Of a stretch of DNA of 64,000 nt, positions 50,031-63,645 are shown piece after piece. The stretch is taken from positions 208,630,001 to 208,694,000 of the forward strand of contig OZ024740.1 in the NCBI GenBank assembly GCA_964016885.1. The letters are read 5' to 3'. Each line of letters begins with the position of its first letter. Positions within the stretch are counted from its first letter, which is position 1. The notes under the pieces were generated by a model that saw nothing but the letters and a program-made list of their open reading frames with translations, was not told where the DNA came from and ran no database searches. The position numbers and the translations under genes were made by a program. The stretch comes from Eledone cirrhosa (lineage: Eukaryota).

Positions 50031-50199
50031 GAGTTTATCATATAAAGTTAAACTATCAAGCAGGTTCCCAGGTAGCATGTATGGAAATGGCTTTGTAATG
50101 TTGTAGCTATAAATACCTGAATAAGCAGCTCCATACCAAATCATGAGTGGTTCTTTTGCAAGTCCTAGCACTCAGAAGCTACCCTTGCCAGGGTTACAT

Positions 50200-52640
50200 G
50201 CGAAGACATTGGCAGCAGGATATCAAATGTGATCGGTGGGGAAATCTAATAAACCAGACATCTTGCTTCACCGTCCTAAGCCACGTTGGCCTCCCCAACG
50301 TTTCCTCCATCTCAACAGAGGAGATTGATTAATAGCTTCGCGGATGAAGTTGCTCGGTTGCCGACGGATTGCATGACCAAGCCAGCGAAGACGCCTCGAG
50401 ATAAGAGCACACTGGAAGGAAATTTTGCAGCATGCACAGATTGCAGAATTTGAGATGAATTGTTGCCAGCGAACACGAAGGATGCGGCGTAAACAATGAT
50501 GGTTGAACACTTCGAGTTTGCGCATGTCCTCTGCTCTCAGTGGCCAGGTTTCGCAGCAGGATTGTTTGGACAAGGGCTTGGTAGAGTTGAATTTTGGTGG
50601 TCAGTTTAATTTCATGTCTGTTCCACAGCCGAGCGTGTAGACGACCGAAGGCGAGACGAGCGTTACCGATGCGACCACTTATATCCTCAACTCCTTGGCC
50701 TGTTGCAGTGACTATAATACTTAGGTACTTAAAGTGATCAACCTCTTCAAGGGTTTCTCCGAGGTCAATCGGTTGTTTTTCAGCGGGTAAGAAACCTGCA
50801 GTCAGCAGCTTGGTCTTATGTGCATTCACTTTCTTGCCGAGTTTGGAGGCGAAGAACTGCAGCTTATCGATAGCCGACTGGATGTCTGTAAAGCTTTCTC
50901 CCAGAATCGCTATATCGTCAATATAGTCCAGGTCCAACAGCGCGAAATTACAGCCCACTGTGACACCAGGAAAGTTCATGAGTGCATGGGTGGTGACCCA
51001 ATCAGTAGCATAATTGAAAAAGGTAGGCGACACAATGCAGCCCTGTCGAACGCCAGAGCGGATGTCAAAGAACTGAGATTCTTGACCATAAGCGCAGACC
51101 TTAGTGCGAGTAGAAAGATAGTAGGATTTTAGCAGGAGGTCAAGGAGTTTCAGTGGCATACCATCTGCATGTATAACCTTCCAAAGGTCTCGACGATCGA
51201 CTGAATCAAAAGCAGCGTCAAAATCTATGAAGCAGACGAGGGTCCTTTGCTGATAGCACCAACGATGCTCAAGTGCCTGACGCAGTGTGAAAATCTATGT
51301 ACACTCTCGACCAGGATGAAAACATCATTGATTTGGCCTTGTGCGTGAATCTCGTTGATTTTGAAATATGATTTTAGCAATATGGTAGCGAATATCTTAG
51401 TGGCAATGTCGATTAGGCTTATACCGCGGTAGTTGCTGCAACAGTGTTTATTGCCTTTTTTGAAAAATGGAAGCAGAACAGTGTCGCAGAACCAGTCTTT
51501 GGAGAGGCTTTCGGATTCTCAGACACGGACATGATTTTGTGAAGGAATGGGGCTAATATGTCGGTAGTGTTTAAGAATCTCAGCAGGAATACCATCTTCT
51601 CCAGATGCCTTGTTGTTTTTTAGTTTTCGAATAGTGTCAGAGATTTCACTTATCGTCTGCGGAATGGTGTCACAATCGTATACACAAGCAGGGATGCTTG
51701 GCATTTGAGGTATTTGAGAAGGTTGATGATTATGGTTAAGTAGGGCAGTGAAATGATCACTCCAACGCTGTAATCGTCCATCAAGATTCATGATGGCTTC
51801 ACCTTGTTGGTTAAAGATGATTTCACTGCTGCCCCTGGATGATTTTGTGCTCGATCGAAGGAGATATAGCTTCAAGTCACCAACAGATAAAGCATGCTCC
51901 TTGTCCTCTGTAATCTTCTGCCAGTAAGCATTACGGTCGGTTCTTGCAGAACAGGCGGTCTCTCGTCATAGACGACGGTAGTCATTGGAACCAGCACAGT
52001 GGGCTTGTTTTGTCATATTTGCGAGATCAATTGTCTGCCCCAAGATCCAATCTTTTGCACATTCTTTGGTAGTGCCTAGAGTCTTAAAAGCTACTTCTTT
52101 GATGTTGCTCTTAAAGGACTGCCACATATCCTCAATTGGGCTATCATCTGATTGAAGGGTATCAAGGCCGCTTAATTGGTTGGACAACTGGATACGGAAT
52201 GAATTTTGGGGATTGAGAGGGTATCTTGTTCGCCTTGGGATATAGACGCAGCTTGGCGCGGACCAGAAAGTGATCAGATCCATTTTCGTTGCCGGTTTCA
52301 GCACCACGAAATGCACGACATTTATGGACGCTTGAGGCCCAGCGGGCTTTGATGAGTATGTGATCGATCTGGTTTGCTGTAACACCGTCGCAGGAATACC
52401 ATGAGATGGCGCCTTGGATGCTGGAAACGATGCTTGAAACTGAGTTGGTTTGTTGCAGCGAAGTTAAGACGGTCTCCAGAAGCTGCCGGATCCCGATGCA
52501 GACATCTCTTGGGTTTTCACCGGAGCCCTGTTTGCTGGGCTGCGGCCCTAATACCACTGCGTGCCAGACCTGTCCGCCTTGGGGTTCCCAACGGCATAGC
52601 TCTGATGCTTCCCCTTCCACGATGAGGAAGGGTTGGACTT
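50200..52640 (-). mobile_element. Degenerate RTE LINE without PHD (EN C-term + RT)
   Basis: QIDHILI..GSDHFLV; KASGEDGI; GVRQGCIVSP, YIDDI, FKYL; RRLRWLGH; many frameshifts. Confidence 0.92.
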
Positions 52641-54056
52641 TTGGGGTGAAACAGATGAGTGAGAAGCAGGTATGTCTCAAAATCTCATTCTCTCTTTTGC
52701 CTTGAGATTAAATCTCACAAAGGTCAGCCTTGCCTTTTGGTATTTCATTGAATCCTTGAAAGATGAATAGGCCTAATTGACTCTACCCTTCCTCCCCACC
52801 ACAATATTTGTGCCAGTGTACTAATGCTGGTAATCGTTTTAACTGCTTTCTAATTATGGTAAAGAACTTCCAGTTTTGATTCTCTTTCATGTCAGAAAAT
52901 TCACACTTGCTTCTCATCATAGATTTAAAGAATTCCCTCTTTTTTTCTCCATAGAGTACAAAAAACATAAGATGATCAATTAAATACTAAATACAATCGA
53001 AAAACGGAGTTCTTAGAGCAAAGAAAATGTTATATTTGTTTGGAAACTTCTTTGCTGTGTACATTGTGGGTTTTTGTTGCACAGCCTAACCCATGCTAGC
53101 GTGGAAAATGGACCTTTAACAAAAATGATTCTATGAATCTTGATTTCTATTGAAAGACATTGCCTGTGATTTTCAATATCTTTTAATAAAAAATGGAATG
53201 GTGGAATTTAGTCATAATTTCCCCATTTTTGTTGTTTAGAACATAAATTAAAAGGTTCTTGCAAAAATGATTACAATGAAAGATTTAAATTTTAATAAAC
53301 ACTTTAAAACAGTTTTTCATCATAGAATCAGTTTGGTAAAAAGATTTAATTAATTATTGTTCTCATTACTTTTAGTAATAATGATTAAATAAATTCAGGT
53401 AAAGACAGGTGATACAAGCCTCAAATTATAACTAGTTAAATATGGAATGTAATAATTTTTTAAGTTTTACCCATGCTAGTGTGGAAAATGGCTGTTAAAC
53501 AATGATGATGATGGATATGTTTTAGTTATATTTAACCTATTTAACATCATCACATCAACAAATTAGTCTGTCACTGTAACCTAAGAATGACTAGGGTCAT
53601 AGAAGTCTCCCCTGGAATTGTTCTCCAGAAAGGGGGAAATGAAAAGAAAGAGGGCGGGGGGATCAGACACTACACACCAATCTGAATGGTGCCTAAGTCG
53701 CATCCCATGGTAAAGGCATCCATACCTATATTTAAGTTCCCATAACTCTATTAAATGAACAAACATTACCTTAGAGAATTGATTCATGTACTTTTAAGAC
53801 CAGAATACCTTTGTACCCCAGAATATTTTTGTGGGACCCACTTTGGGAAACACTGCTCTCTGCTTTTAAAAAATATCTCTTGATGCACTTAAAAAAAAAG
53901 AAAATAATAATAATGTTCAACAATTCATTTTTTTTTTTTTTTTTTTTCCTACCAAAATAGAATATTTTATTTATTTATAATTTGGTGATAAACAATATTT
54001 TTAGTAAAAGTAATTCTCTTTTTCACACTTTCTTTCTTTCCCTCCTTTTCCCACAT

Positions 54057-54092
<36 letters not shown>

Positions 54093-54166
54093 GCGCGCGC
54101 ATAAAGTGGTGGTGTAGCGTGATAGTTGCTGCCACAATAAAGTGGTTGTCATTGAAAACGTCATCC

Positions 54167-56444
54167 AGCTAATGTTAGAATGGAACACAGATATTAGATG
54201 ATGATGATGATAGACTAGTTTTCTTTTAAATATTGACAACGAAGAACCTCAAAACATTGTCATCTTTAGAGCTTCTTTCAGAGTAGCTACGGTGCATTTT
54301 TCTGGTTTACAAATTTCACACCATCTGAGGAACATTTGAAAAGTCAACATCATTAAGAATGTTACACCCGTTTTTTTTTCTTTTATTTTTCTCAGTATAT
54401 AAGCTGGAACTTCTAATTCAATACCAACTGTAAACCATTTTCTTTGTAACAATTCTGCTACCTTCCATAGGACTTTCTCATTAAGATTTTGAGCTAATGT
54501 TAGAATGGAACACAGATATTAGATGATGATGATGATAGACTAGTTTTCCTTTAAATATTGACAACGAAGAACCTCAAAACATTGTCATCTTTAGAGCTTC
54601 TTTCAGAGTAGCTACGGTGCATTTTTCTGGTTTACAAATTTCACACCATCTGAGGAACATTTGAAAAGTCAACATCATTAAGAATGTTACACCCGTTTTT
54701 TTTTTCTTTTATTTTTCTCAGTATATAAGCTGGAACTTCTAATTCAATACCAACTGTAAACCATTTTCTTTGTAACAATTCTGCTACCTTCCATAGGACT
54801 TTCTCATTAAGATTTTGAGCTAATGTTAGAATGGAACACAGATATTAGATGATGATGATGATAGACTAGTTTTCCTTTAAATATTGACAACGAAGAACCT
54901 CAAAACATTGTCATCTTTAGAGCTTCTTTCAGAGTAGCTACGGTGCATTTTTCTGGTTTACAAATTTCACACCATCTGAGGAACATTTGAAAAGTCAACA
55001 TCATTAAGAATGTTACACCCGTTTTTTTTTCTTTTATTTTTCTCAGTATATAAGCTGGAACTTCTAATTCAATACCAACTGTAAACCATTTTCTTTGTAA
55101 CAATTCTGCTACCTTCCATAGGACTTTCTCATTAAGATTTTGAGCTAATGTTAGAATGGAACACAGATATTAGATGATGATGATGATAGACTAGTTTTCC
55201 TTTAAATATTGACAACGAAGAACCTCAAAACATTGTCATCTTTAGAGCTTCTTTCAGAGTAGCTACGGTGCATTTTTCTGGTTTACAAATTTCACACCAT
55301 CTGAGGAACATTTGAAAAGTCAACATCATTAAGAATGTTACACCCGTTTTTTTTTCTTTTATTTTTCTCAGTATATAAGCTGGAACTTCTAATTCAATAC
55401 CAACTGTAAACCATTTTCTTTGTAACAATTCTGCTACCTTCCATAGGACTTTCTCATTAAGATTTTGAGCTAATGTTAGAATGGAACACAGATATTAGAT
55501 GATGATGATGATAGACTAGTTTTCCTTTAAATATTGACAACGAAGAACCTCAAAACATTGTCATCTTTAGAGCTTCTTTCAGAGTAGCTACGGTGCATTT
55601 TTCTGGTTTACAAATTTCACACCATCTGAGGAACATTTCAAAAGTCAACATCATTAAGAATGTTACACCCGTTTTTTTTTCTTTTATTTTTCTCAGTATA
55701 TAAGCTGGAACTTCTAATTCAATACCAACTGTAAACCATTTTCTTTGTAACAATTCTGCTACCTTCCATAGGACTTTCTCATTAAGATTTTGAGCTAATG
55801 TTAGAATGGAACACAGATATTAGATGATGATGATGATAGACTAGTTTTCCTTTAAATATTGACAACGAAGAACCTCAAAACATTGTCATCTTTAGAGCTT
55901 CTTTCAGAGTAGCTACGGCGCATTTTTCTGGTTTACAAATTTCACACCATCTGAGGAACATTTGAAAAGTCAACATCATTAAGAATGTTACACCCGTTTT
56001 TTTTTCTTTTATTTTTCTCAGTATATAAGCTGGAACTTCTAATTCAATACCAACTGTAAACCATTTTCTTTGTAACAATTCTGCTACCTTCCATAGGACT
56101 TTCTCATTAAGATTTTGAGCTAATGTTAGAATGGAACACAGATATTAGATGATGATGATGATAGACTAGTTTTCCTTTAAATATTGACAACGAAGAACCT
56201 CAAAACATTGTCATCTTTAGAGCTTCTTTCAGAGTAGCTACGGCGCATTTTTCTGGTTTACAAATTTCACACCATCTGAGGAACATTTGAAAAGTCAACA
56301 TCATTAAGAATGTTACACCCGTTTTTTTTTCTTTTATTTTTCTCAGTATATAAGCTGGAACTTCTAATTCAATACCAACTGTAAACCATTTTCTTTGTAA
56401 CAATTCTGCTACCTTCCATAGGACTTTCTCATTAAGATTTTGAG
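54167..56444. repeat. Seven near-identical 325-bp tandem units (Death-domain segment plus stop/3'UTR)
   Basis: Unit starts at 54168, 54493, 54819, 55144, 55469, 55794, 56119. Confidence 0.97.
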
Positions 56445-58060
56445 ACGTAAATCAATTGTACTTATAATCATTCCACATTGGGCACATTTTTCTAATGAAG
56501 TACAACATATTTCACATGTAACTTTATGTCCACATGGATGGAATATTATGGTGGCTCCATAAGTGTTACATGTGACATACAGCTCGTTCCACTGTTTCTC
56601 CTGCAACTCTGTCACCTGGCACAGGGATGACATGAGACTTCAACATCTGTATTATAGCACGTTGTTTATCATTGGTATATTGTAAAGCTGACTGACCAGT
56701 CATTTACAAGATTGATGTCTATTTCTGGTTTTGACATGTGTGACATACAGCTCGTTCCACTGTTCCTCCTGCAACTCTGTCACCTGGCACAGGGATGACA
56801 TGAGACTTCAACATCTGTATTATAGCACGTTGTTTATCATTGGTATATTGTAAAGCTGACTGACCAGTCATTTACAAGATTGATGTCTATTTCTGGTTTT
56901 GACAGAAAACTCGCTTCTGTATCGGTCATTTACAAGATTGATGTCTAATTCTGTATCAGAGAAAACTCACTTCTGTATCAGTCATTTACAAGATTTATGT
57001 CTATTTCTGGTTTTGACAGAAAACTCACTTCTGTATCAGTCATTTACAAGATTGATGTCTATATCCCCACCTACAGGCCAGATGTAGTGGGGTGTCACCA
57101 TCATTATTTTTAACATTCAGGTCAGCTCTACAGTCTATCAATATCTTCACTGTCAACTCTCCCATTACTTGCAGCCTCATGTAGTGGGGTGTCACCATAA
57201 CAATCGCCAATATTCAGATCAGCTCCCCTGTCTTATCAACATCTTTGCTATGTCTACTCTCCCATTAAGTGCAGCCACAAGTAAAGGTGGTCTTTTTTTT
57301 TTTTTTTTTTTTTTTTTTTTGTAATAAAATTTAATTCAAATAAATAAAAAATATTCTTTTGAAAATTTGACTTTTTTGACAAAATTTAACTTTTTTTTTC
57401 ATTGATTGTATTTTATATGAATATAAGAATCTTACTTTTTAAGGGGACAGTTTTATTAAACTGTATCTATATTTCAATATTTGGAGGGATAAATCCTGCT
57501 AAATTTTCCCAATTACAAGGGTAGCTGAAAAGTTCATAGACTGACTGAGGCATTGATGCTAGAGCTGTGAAATCTTCAACTGTTTCTCCTGCAGCTCTGT
57601 CACCTGGAACAGGGATGACATGAGACCTCAACATGAAAAGAAAGAGGGCGGGGGGGATCAGACACTACACACCAATCTGAATGGTGCCTAAGTCACATCC
57701 CATGGTAAAGGCATCCATACCTATATTTAAGTTCCCATAACTATTAAATGAACAAACATTACCTTAGAGAATTGATTCATGTACTTTTAAGACCAGAATA
57801 CCTTTGTATTATACCTTTGTACCCCAGAATATTTTTGTGGGACCCACTTTGGGGAAACACTGCTCTCTGCTTTTAAAAAATCTCTTGATGTACTTAAAAA
57901 AAAGAAAATAATAATAATGTTCAACAATTCATTTTTTTTTTTTTTTTTTTTCCTACCAAAATAGAATATTTTATTTATTTATAATTTGGTGATAAACAAT
58001 ATTTTTAGTAAAAGTAATTCTCTTTTTCACACTTTCTTTCTTTCCCTCCTTTTCCCACAT

Positions 58061-58098
<38 letters not shown>

Positions 58099-58749
58099 GC
58101 GCGCGCATAAAGTGGTGGTGTAGCGTGATAGTTGCTGCCACAATAAAGTGGTTGTCATTGAAAACGTCATCCAGCTAATGTTAGAATGGAACACAGATAT
58201 TAGATGATGATGATGATAGACTAGTTTTCCTTTAAATATTGACAACGAAGAACCTCAAAACATTGTCATCTTTAGAGCTTCTTTCAGAGTAGCTACGGCG
58301 CATTTTTCTGGTTTACAAATTTCACACCATCTGAGGAACATTTCAAAAGTCAACATCATTAAGAATGTTACACCCGTTTTTTTTTTCTTTTTTTTTTTCT
58401 CTATATAAGCTGGAACTTCTAATTCAATACCAACTGTAAACCATTTTCTTTGTAACAATTCTGCTACCTTCCATAGGACTTTCTCATTAAGATTTTGAGA
58501 CGTAAATCCATTGTACTTATAATCATTCCACATTGGGCACATTTTTCTAATGAAGTACAACATATTTCACATGTAACTTTATGTCCACATGGATGGAATA
58601 TTATGGTGGCTCCATAAGTGTTACATGTGTGACATACAGCTCGTTCCACTGTTTCTCCTGCAACTCTGTCACCTGGCACAGGGATGACATGAGACTTCAA
58701 CATCTGTATTATAGCACGTTGTTTATCATTGGTATATTGTAAAGCTGAC

Positions 58750-59125
58750 TGACCAGTCATTTACAAGATTGATGTCTAATTCTGTATCAGAGAAAACTCA
58801 CTTCTGTATCAGTCATTTACAAGATTTATGTCTATTTCTGGTTTTGACAGAAAACTCACTTCTGTATCAGTCATTTACAAGATTGATGTCTATTTCTGAA
58901 TTTGACAGAAAACTCACTTCTGTATCAGTCATTTACAAGATTGATGTCTATTTCTGAATTTGACAGAAAACTCACTTCTGTATCAGTCATTTACAAGATT
59001 TATATCTATTTCTGGTTTTGACAGAAAACTCACTTCTGTATCGGTCATTTACAAGATTGATGTCTATTTCTGAATTTGACAGAAAACTCACTTCTGTATC
59101 AGTCATTTACAAGATTGATGTCTAT
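58750..59125. repeat. 58-bp tandem repeat from an ankyrin segment (shorter arrays at 56865-57060 and 59770-59943)
   Basis: gacagaaaactcacttctgtatcagtcatttacaagattgatgtctatttctg; period 58 (58846 to 58904). Confidence 0.92.
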
Positions 59126-60170
59126 ATCCCCACCTACAGGCCAGATGTAGTGGGGTGTCACCATCATTATTTTTAACATTCAGGTCAGCTCTACAGTCTA
59201 TCAATATCTTCACTATGTCGACTCTCCCATTACATGCAGCCTCATGTGGTGGGGTGTCACCATAACAATCGCCAATATTCAGATCAGCTCCCCTGTCTTG
59301 TCAACATCTTTGCTATGTCTTACTCTCCCATTAAGTGCAGCCACAAGTAAAGGTGGTCTTTTTTTTTTTTTTTTTTTTTGTAATAAAATTTAATTCAAAT
59401 AAATAAAAAATATTCTTTTGAAAATTTGACTTTTTTGTTTTTTTTTTTCATCCTCTGTAAATTTTGACAAAATTTAACTTTTTTTTCATTGATTGTATTT
59501 TATATGAATATAAGAATCTTACTTTTTAAGGGGACAGTTTTATTAAACTTTATCTATATTTCAATATTTGGAGGGATAAATCCTGCTAAATTTTCCCAAT
59601 TACAAGGGTAGCTGAAAAGTTCATAGGCTGACTGAGGCATTGATGCTAGAGCTGTGAAATCTTCAACTGTTTCTCCTGCAGCTCTGTCACCTGGAACAGG
59701 GATGACATGAGACCTCAACATCTTTATTATATCACGTTGTTTATCATTGGTATATTGTAAAGCTGACTGACCAGTCATTTACGAGATTGATGTCTATTTC
59801 TGATATTGACAGAAAACTCACTTCTGTATCGGTCATTTACAAGATTGATGTCTATTTCTGAATTTGACAGAAAACTCACTTCTGTATCAGTCATTTACAA
59901 GATTGATGTCTATTTCTGATTTTGACAGAAAACTCACTTCTGTATATCCCCTCCTGCAGGCCAGATGTAGTGGGGTGTCACCATCATTATTTTTAACATT
60001 CAGGTCAGCTCTACAGTCTATCAATATCTTCACTGTCGACTCTCCAATTACTTGCAGCCTCATGTAGTGGGGTGTCACCATAACAATCGCCAATATTCAG
60101 ATCAGCTCCCTTGTCTATCAACATCTTTGCTATGTCTACTCTCCCATTAAGTGCAGCCACAAGTAAAGGT

Positions 60171-60205
<35 letters not shown>

Positions 60206-60390
60206 TAATAAAATTTGACTTTTTTTTTTTTTTTTTCATCCTCTGTAAATTTTGACAAAATTTAACTTTTTTTTTTCATTGATTGTATTTTATATGAATA
60301 TAAGAATCTTACTTTTTAAGGGGACAGTTTTATTAAACTTTATCTATATTTCAATATTTGGAGGGATAAATCCTGCTAAATTTTCCGAAT

Positions 60391-60586
60391 TACAAGGGTA
60401 GCTGAAAAGTTCATAGGCTGACTGAGGCATTGATGCTAGAGCTGTGAAATCTTGCATGCATTCATTTTAACTATTTTTTTATTAATTTCATTGTTTCTTT
60501 CTAGGGACTGTTGAAACATAAACCTTATTTGATCATTCCATGAGAGTATCTTGGTCACCCTATGAACTTTTCAGCTGACTGTCATA
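60391..60586 (+). mobile_element. Mariner-type MITE (complete); truncated duplicates at 57514-57575 and 59601-59663
   Basis: Same family as 6873-7074. Confidence 0.78.
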
Positions 60587-61264
60587 GATGTAATTCAAAT
60601 AAAATAAAAATTTCAGGCTTTTTCTCGTGTGTGCCCGTCCGTCCGTCTTTCCGCTTTACTCGTAAAGCTACCAGTAATACTAAATCCTTAAAAGCTAACC
60701 ATAAAGCTGCAACCCCACCCTCCTCCTATTATCAAGAACATATTGCTATAATGGTCATTCAATATTCCCTGAAGGTGTGTGGGCTTAATGGTTAGAGATT
60801 AGGATTTGTAATCATGAGGTTGACAGTTCAATTCGTGGACTAGATGATGCGTTATGTCAAGACACTACTTCACAGTGCACTGTCTGACACGAGTTACTAC
60901 TGGTAGTGCCAGCAATACAAATGGAAACATTGTTTCCTTGGTCCAATTTGACAAGCTTCACCCTACTTGGTAAGTGAATAAGTATGCAGGTGTAGCAAGC
61001 CACATATTTTCTAACTATTAGAAAAAGCAAAATGAATACTTTCACCATCGAAAGAGGCATGACTCAAAATTATCTACCTGTGACATAAGGTTAATTAAAT
61101 CTACCCTCAGTACTTGGTTGGTATATTGCCTCTCTTCTTTCTAGAGTTGGTAAATATAAAGTTCTAAGAATGCAATGAATTGTAATTAAATAGCAAATTT
61201 CATTTGACAATTTAACCAATCTAATCATAGCATTTTCCAACTTAAGTATATTTTTAAACATTTC

Positions 61265-61520
61265 AACACCATATTTCTGAGACGCTACCTATGGTCATGA
61301 ATCTTGGGTAATGATCAAAAGAAAATGATTGCAAATATAAGCAGCTGAAATGGGGTTTCTCCGGAGGGTCTTCAGAGTAATGTTATGCGATAGTGCATAG
61401 CTTGGAGATGTAGAGCTGCTACTTCTCCAAGTTGAGAGATCACAGCTCCTATACTATAGACATGTGGTTAGAATGTATCAATAAAGAATCACTGAACAGA
61501 TTTGACAGGCAAAACCAACT
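61265..61520 (+). mobile_element. RTE/Expander-like 3' fragment; inverted homolog at 63760-64000
   Basis: YGHESWVM...AAEMGFL remnants. Confidence 0.65.
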
Positions 61521-63428
61521 GGCAGGAGATCCAGGGGTGAACCCCACCCCCGAGCAAGATAGTTGAATAACATCCTTGAGCTTAGCTGGTCTTCCTTGGG
61601 GATTCGGTTGGAAATGGTTGCTTTGACAGCACCAGCTGGAAGGAGTGTTTGAGGACTGTCCCAACAACCCTCTCAGGAATAAGTGGATAAAGAAGATACT
61701 TCCCCTTGTTAAAGTTTGAAAATAATCAAGAATTCAGAAGGGTTTTGTAATATAACTTTCTCTAAATAGAAATAAACAGTTTTGTTATAGAAATCGATAG
61801 TTTCAGTCTGTTATAACACGGGTTCATGTGAAAAAATATCCTTGTTTGTGATTGGCTGATATTTAGACATCATGTGTTACAATATTTTGGTCCAACAACT
61901 CACTTGTCAGCATCAACAGCTAGTGTTAATATCACCCCCATCCTATTCCTCCACCTTTCATCTAGCTAGAGTTACAGGGAATTGATAAAAATCTTTCTAC
62001 TAATCTTTTTCTCTCTCTCTCTTGTATGGAGACAGTTTGTGGTAGCTGGGGTTAGGCTAACTCTCTAAGCTCCCTACAATGCTGACAACCTTTTTATGTC
62101 TGGCCATCTTACACTACCATCATGGGCTCCATAAGGAAACTTATCTCCCCCCCCCCCCATCAATATTGTGGTTAGGCCTGATGTTTCTTCTAGTCGCATA
62201 GAAAGTAAGTCTTTGGAGACCTATAATTGGCAGAGTTCTTAGACTGTAGGATAAAATGATTTGCAGTATTTGTTCTGGTGTTCAAATCCTGTTATATTTA
62301 ATTTTACCTTTCATCCTTTTGGGGTTGATGAAATAAAATACCAATGGTGGTAGATTGGCAGAATTAGGAGCCATTACTGGAGTTCAGTCTGTTGCAAGCA
62401 TTTAGGTCAGATCTCTGGTTTGAGATTCTTTCACCTGCACCAATCTCAAAGGCCCTATAAAAAAAAAGCTAACTTTCATCTCTAACTAAACAGTAAAAAA
62501 TGAAAATGGTACTCTTTGATTTTGTATTTTTGACTATTATTTCTAGCAGACTGAATGACCATGAGAGGCTCCTCATTGAACAAGAGGTTATCAAGTAAAC
62601 CTATAAAGGACGGTGTTCTATGAAATTCCTGTTTTATCTTTCAGGCATTGTGTAAGCTACATTAACCAATGTCTCTTTTTGAAGTATAAGGTAAGATTTG
62701 AGGACCATTTGACTGCCCTATTTAACAGAGGCTGGCTGTTTAAATAAGTAAAATAAGGGAACTATCAATGCTTATCATTTGATTGACATTGCAATTCTGC
62801 ATACATGATCTCAACCTATGAATACAAAGTCCTTTCAAGGTACCAAGCTGGTTCCCACAACATATCTGCTCAAGCATTTGTGGACTGTATGTGTTAAGTC
62901 ATCTTCCTACAACACATCTGCTCAAGCATCTGAGAACTGTGTGTTTAAGTCACTGTTGGTTTTTACCTCCATGTTTGTTTCCTATGGATCTAATTGACAA
63001 GATACTCAGTAGAAACTTCATCATTCCAACTTTTCTTTCTTCTATTTTATGAACGTAAACTACAAAATTACCAAATAATTATAGTTATAATGTAATTCAG
63101 GGCATACATACTTTTGTCAAAGGAAAAATTGCACAAGATATTTTTGAGCACATTCACAACTGAAATTTGAGTTCAAGACATTTTGGTGGAGTTGGCGGCT
63201 CGCTTTACTGAGGTGTCAGGTGATGCTCATGAGGGTGCCTGGTTGTTTCAGCACCTTAGCCTCGCCATCATACGTAGCAATGCTTCAAAGTGTTTAGTTA
63301 AGCCTTATGATGTGATGCATGGCCACTTGTTACACTTGGTGGTAAATTTAAGTAAACAACGTACATAGCCAAGCGATCGCACTTTGAAGCGCTAAGAATA
63401 TAGAATTAAAATGAAGCATGATGTGCTC

Positions 63429-63645
63429 ATGCACATAGATGCTATAAAATAGGGTGAATCCACTTAAAAGATGAAAAAAAGTTGCCATCAACCGCTATAA
63501 GAAATCGAACCCCATATCCTCCAGATACATATCTGGGAGATATGGGGTTCGTTTTCTTATAGCGGTTGATGGCAACTTTTTTTTTTTTCCTCTTTTAAGT
63601 ATCTTCACCCTATTTTATAAGCCATTTTATAGCATCTCTGTGCAT
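63429..63645. repeat. ~215-bp foldback hairpin
   Basis: aagttgccatcaaccgctataagaaa..cgaaccccatatc..ccagata mirrored around ~63527. Confidence 0.9.

Larger units (their letters stand above)
53638..60172 (-). pseudogene. Rearranged cluster of ankyrin-RING-Death domain (MIB/IAP-type E3-like) gene fragments, about 3 blocks
   Basis: ANK: LLVAALNGRVDIAKMLIDKGADLN, GDTPLHEAA, DGDTPLHLAC; RING: C..C...IFHPCGHKVTCEICCTSLEKCAQC; Death-like: LWKVAELLQRKWFTVGIELEV...MFLRW...TVATLKEAL; all copies frameshifted. Confidence 0.82.

Noticed and set aside
54249-56403. Six separate 67-aa genes (ORF track)
   Set aside because: Non-ATG starts; frameshifted pieces of one Death-domain segment in a tandem repeat
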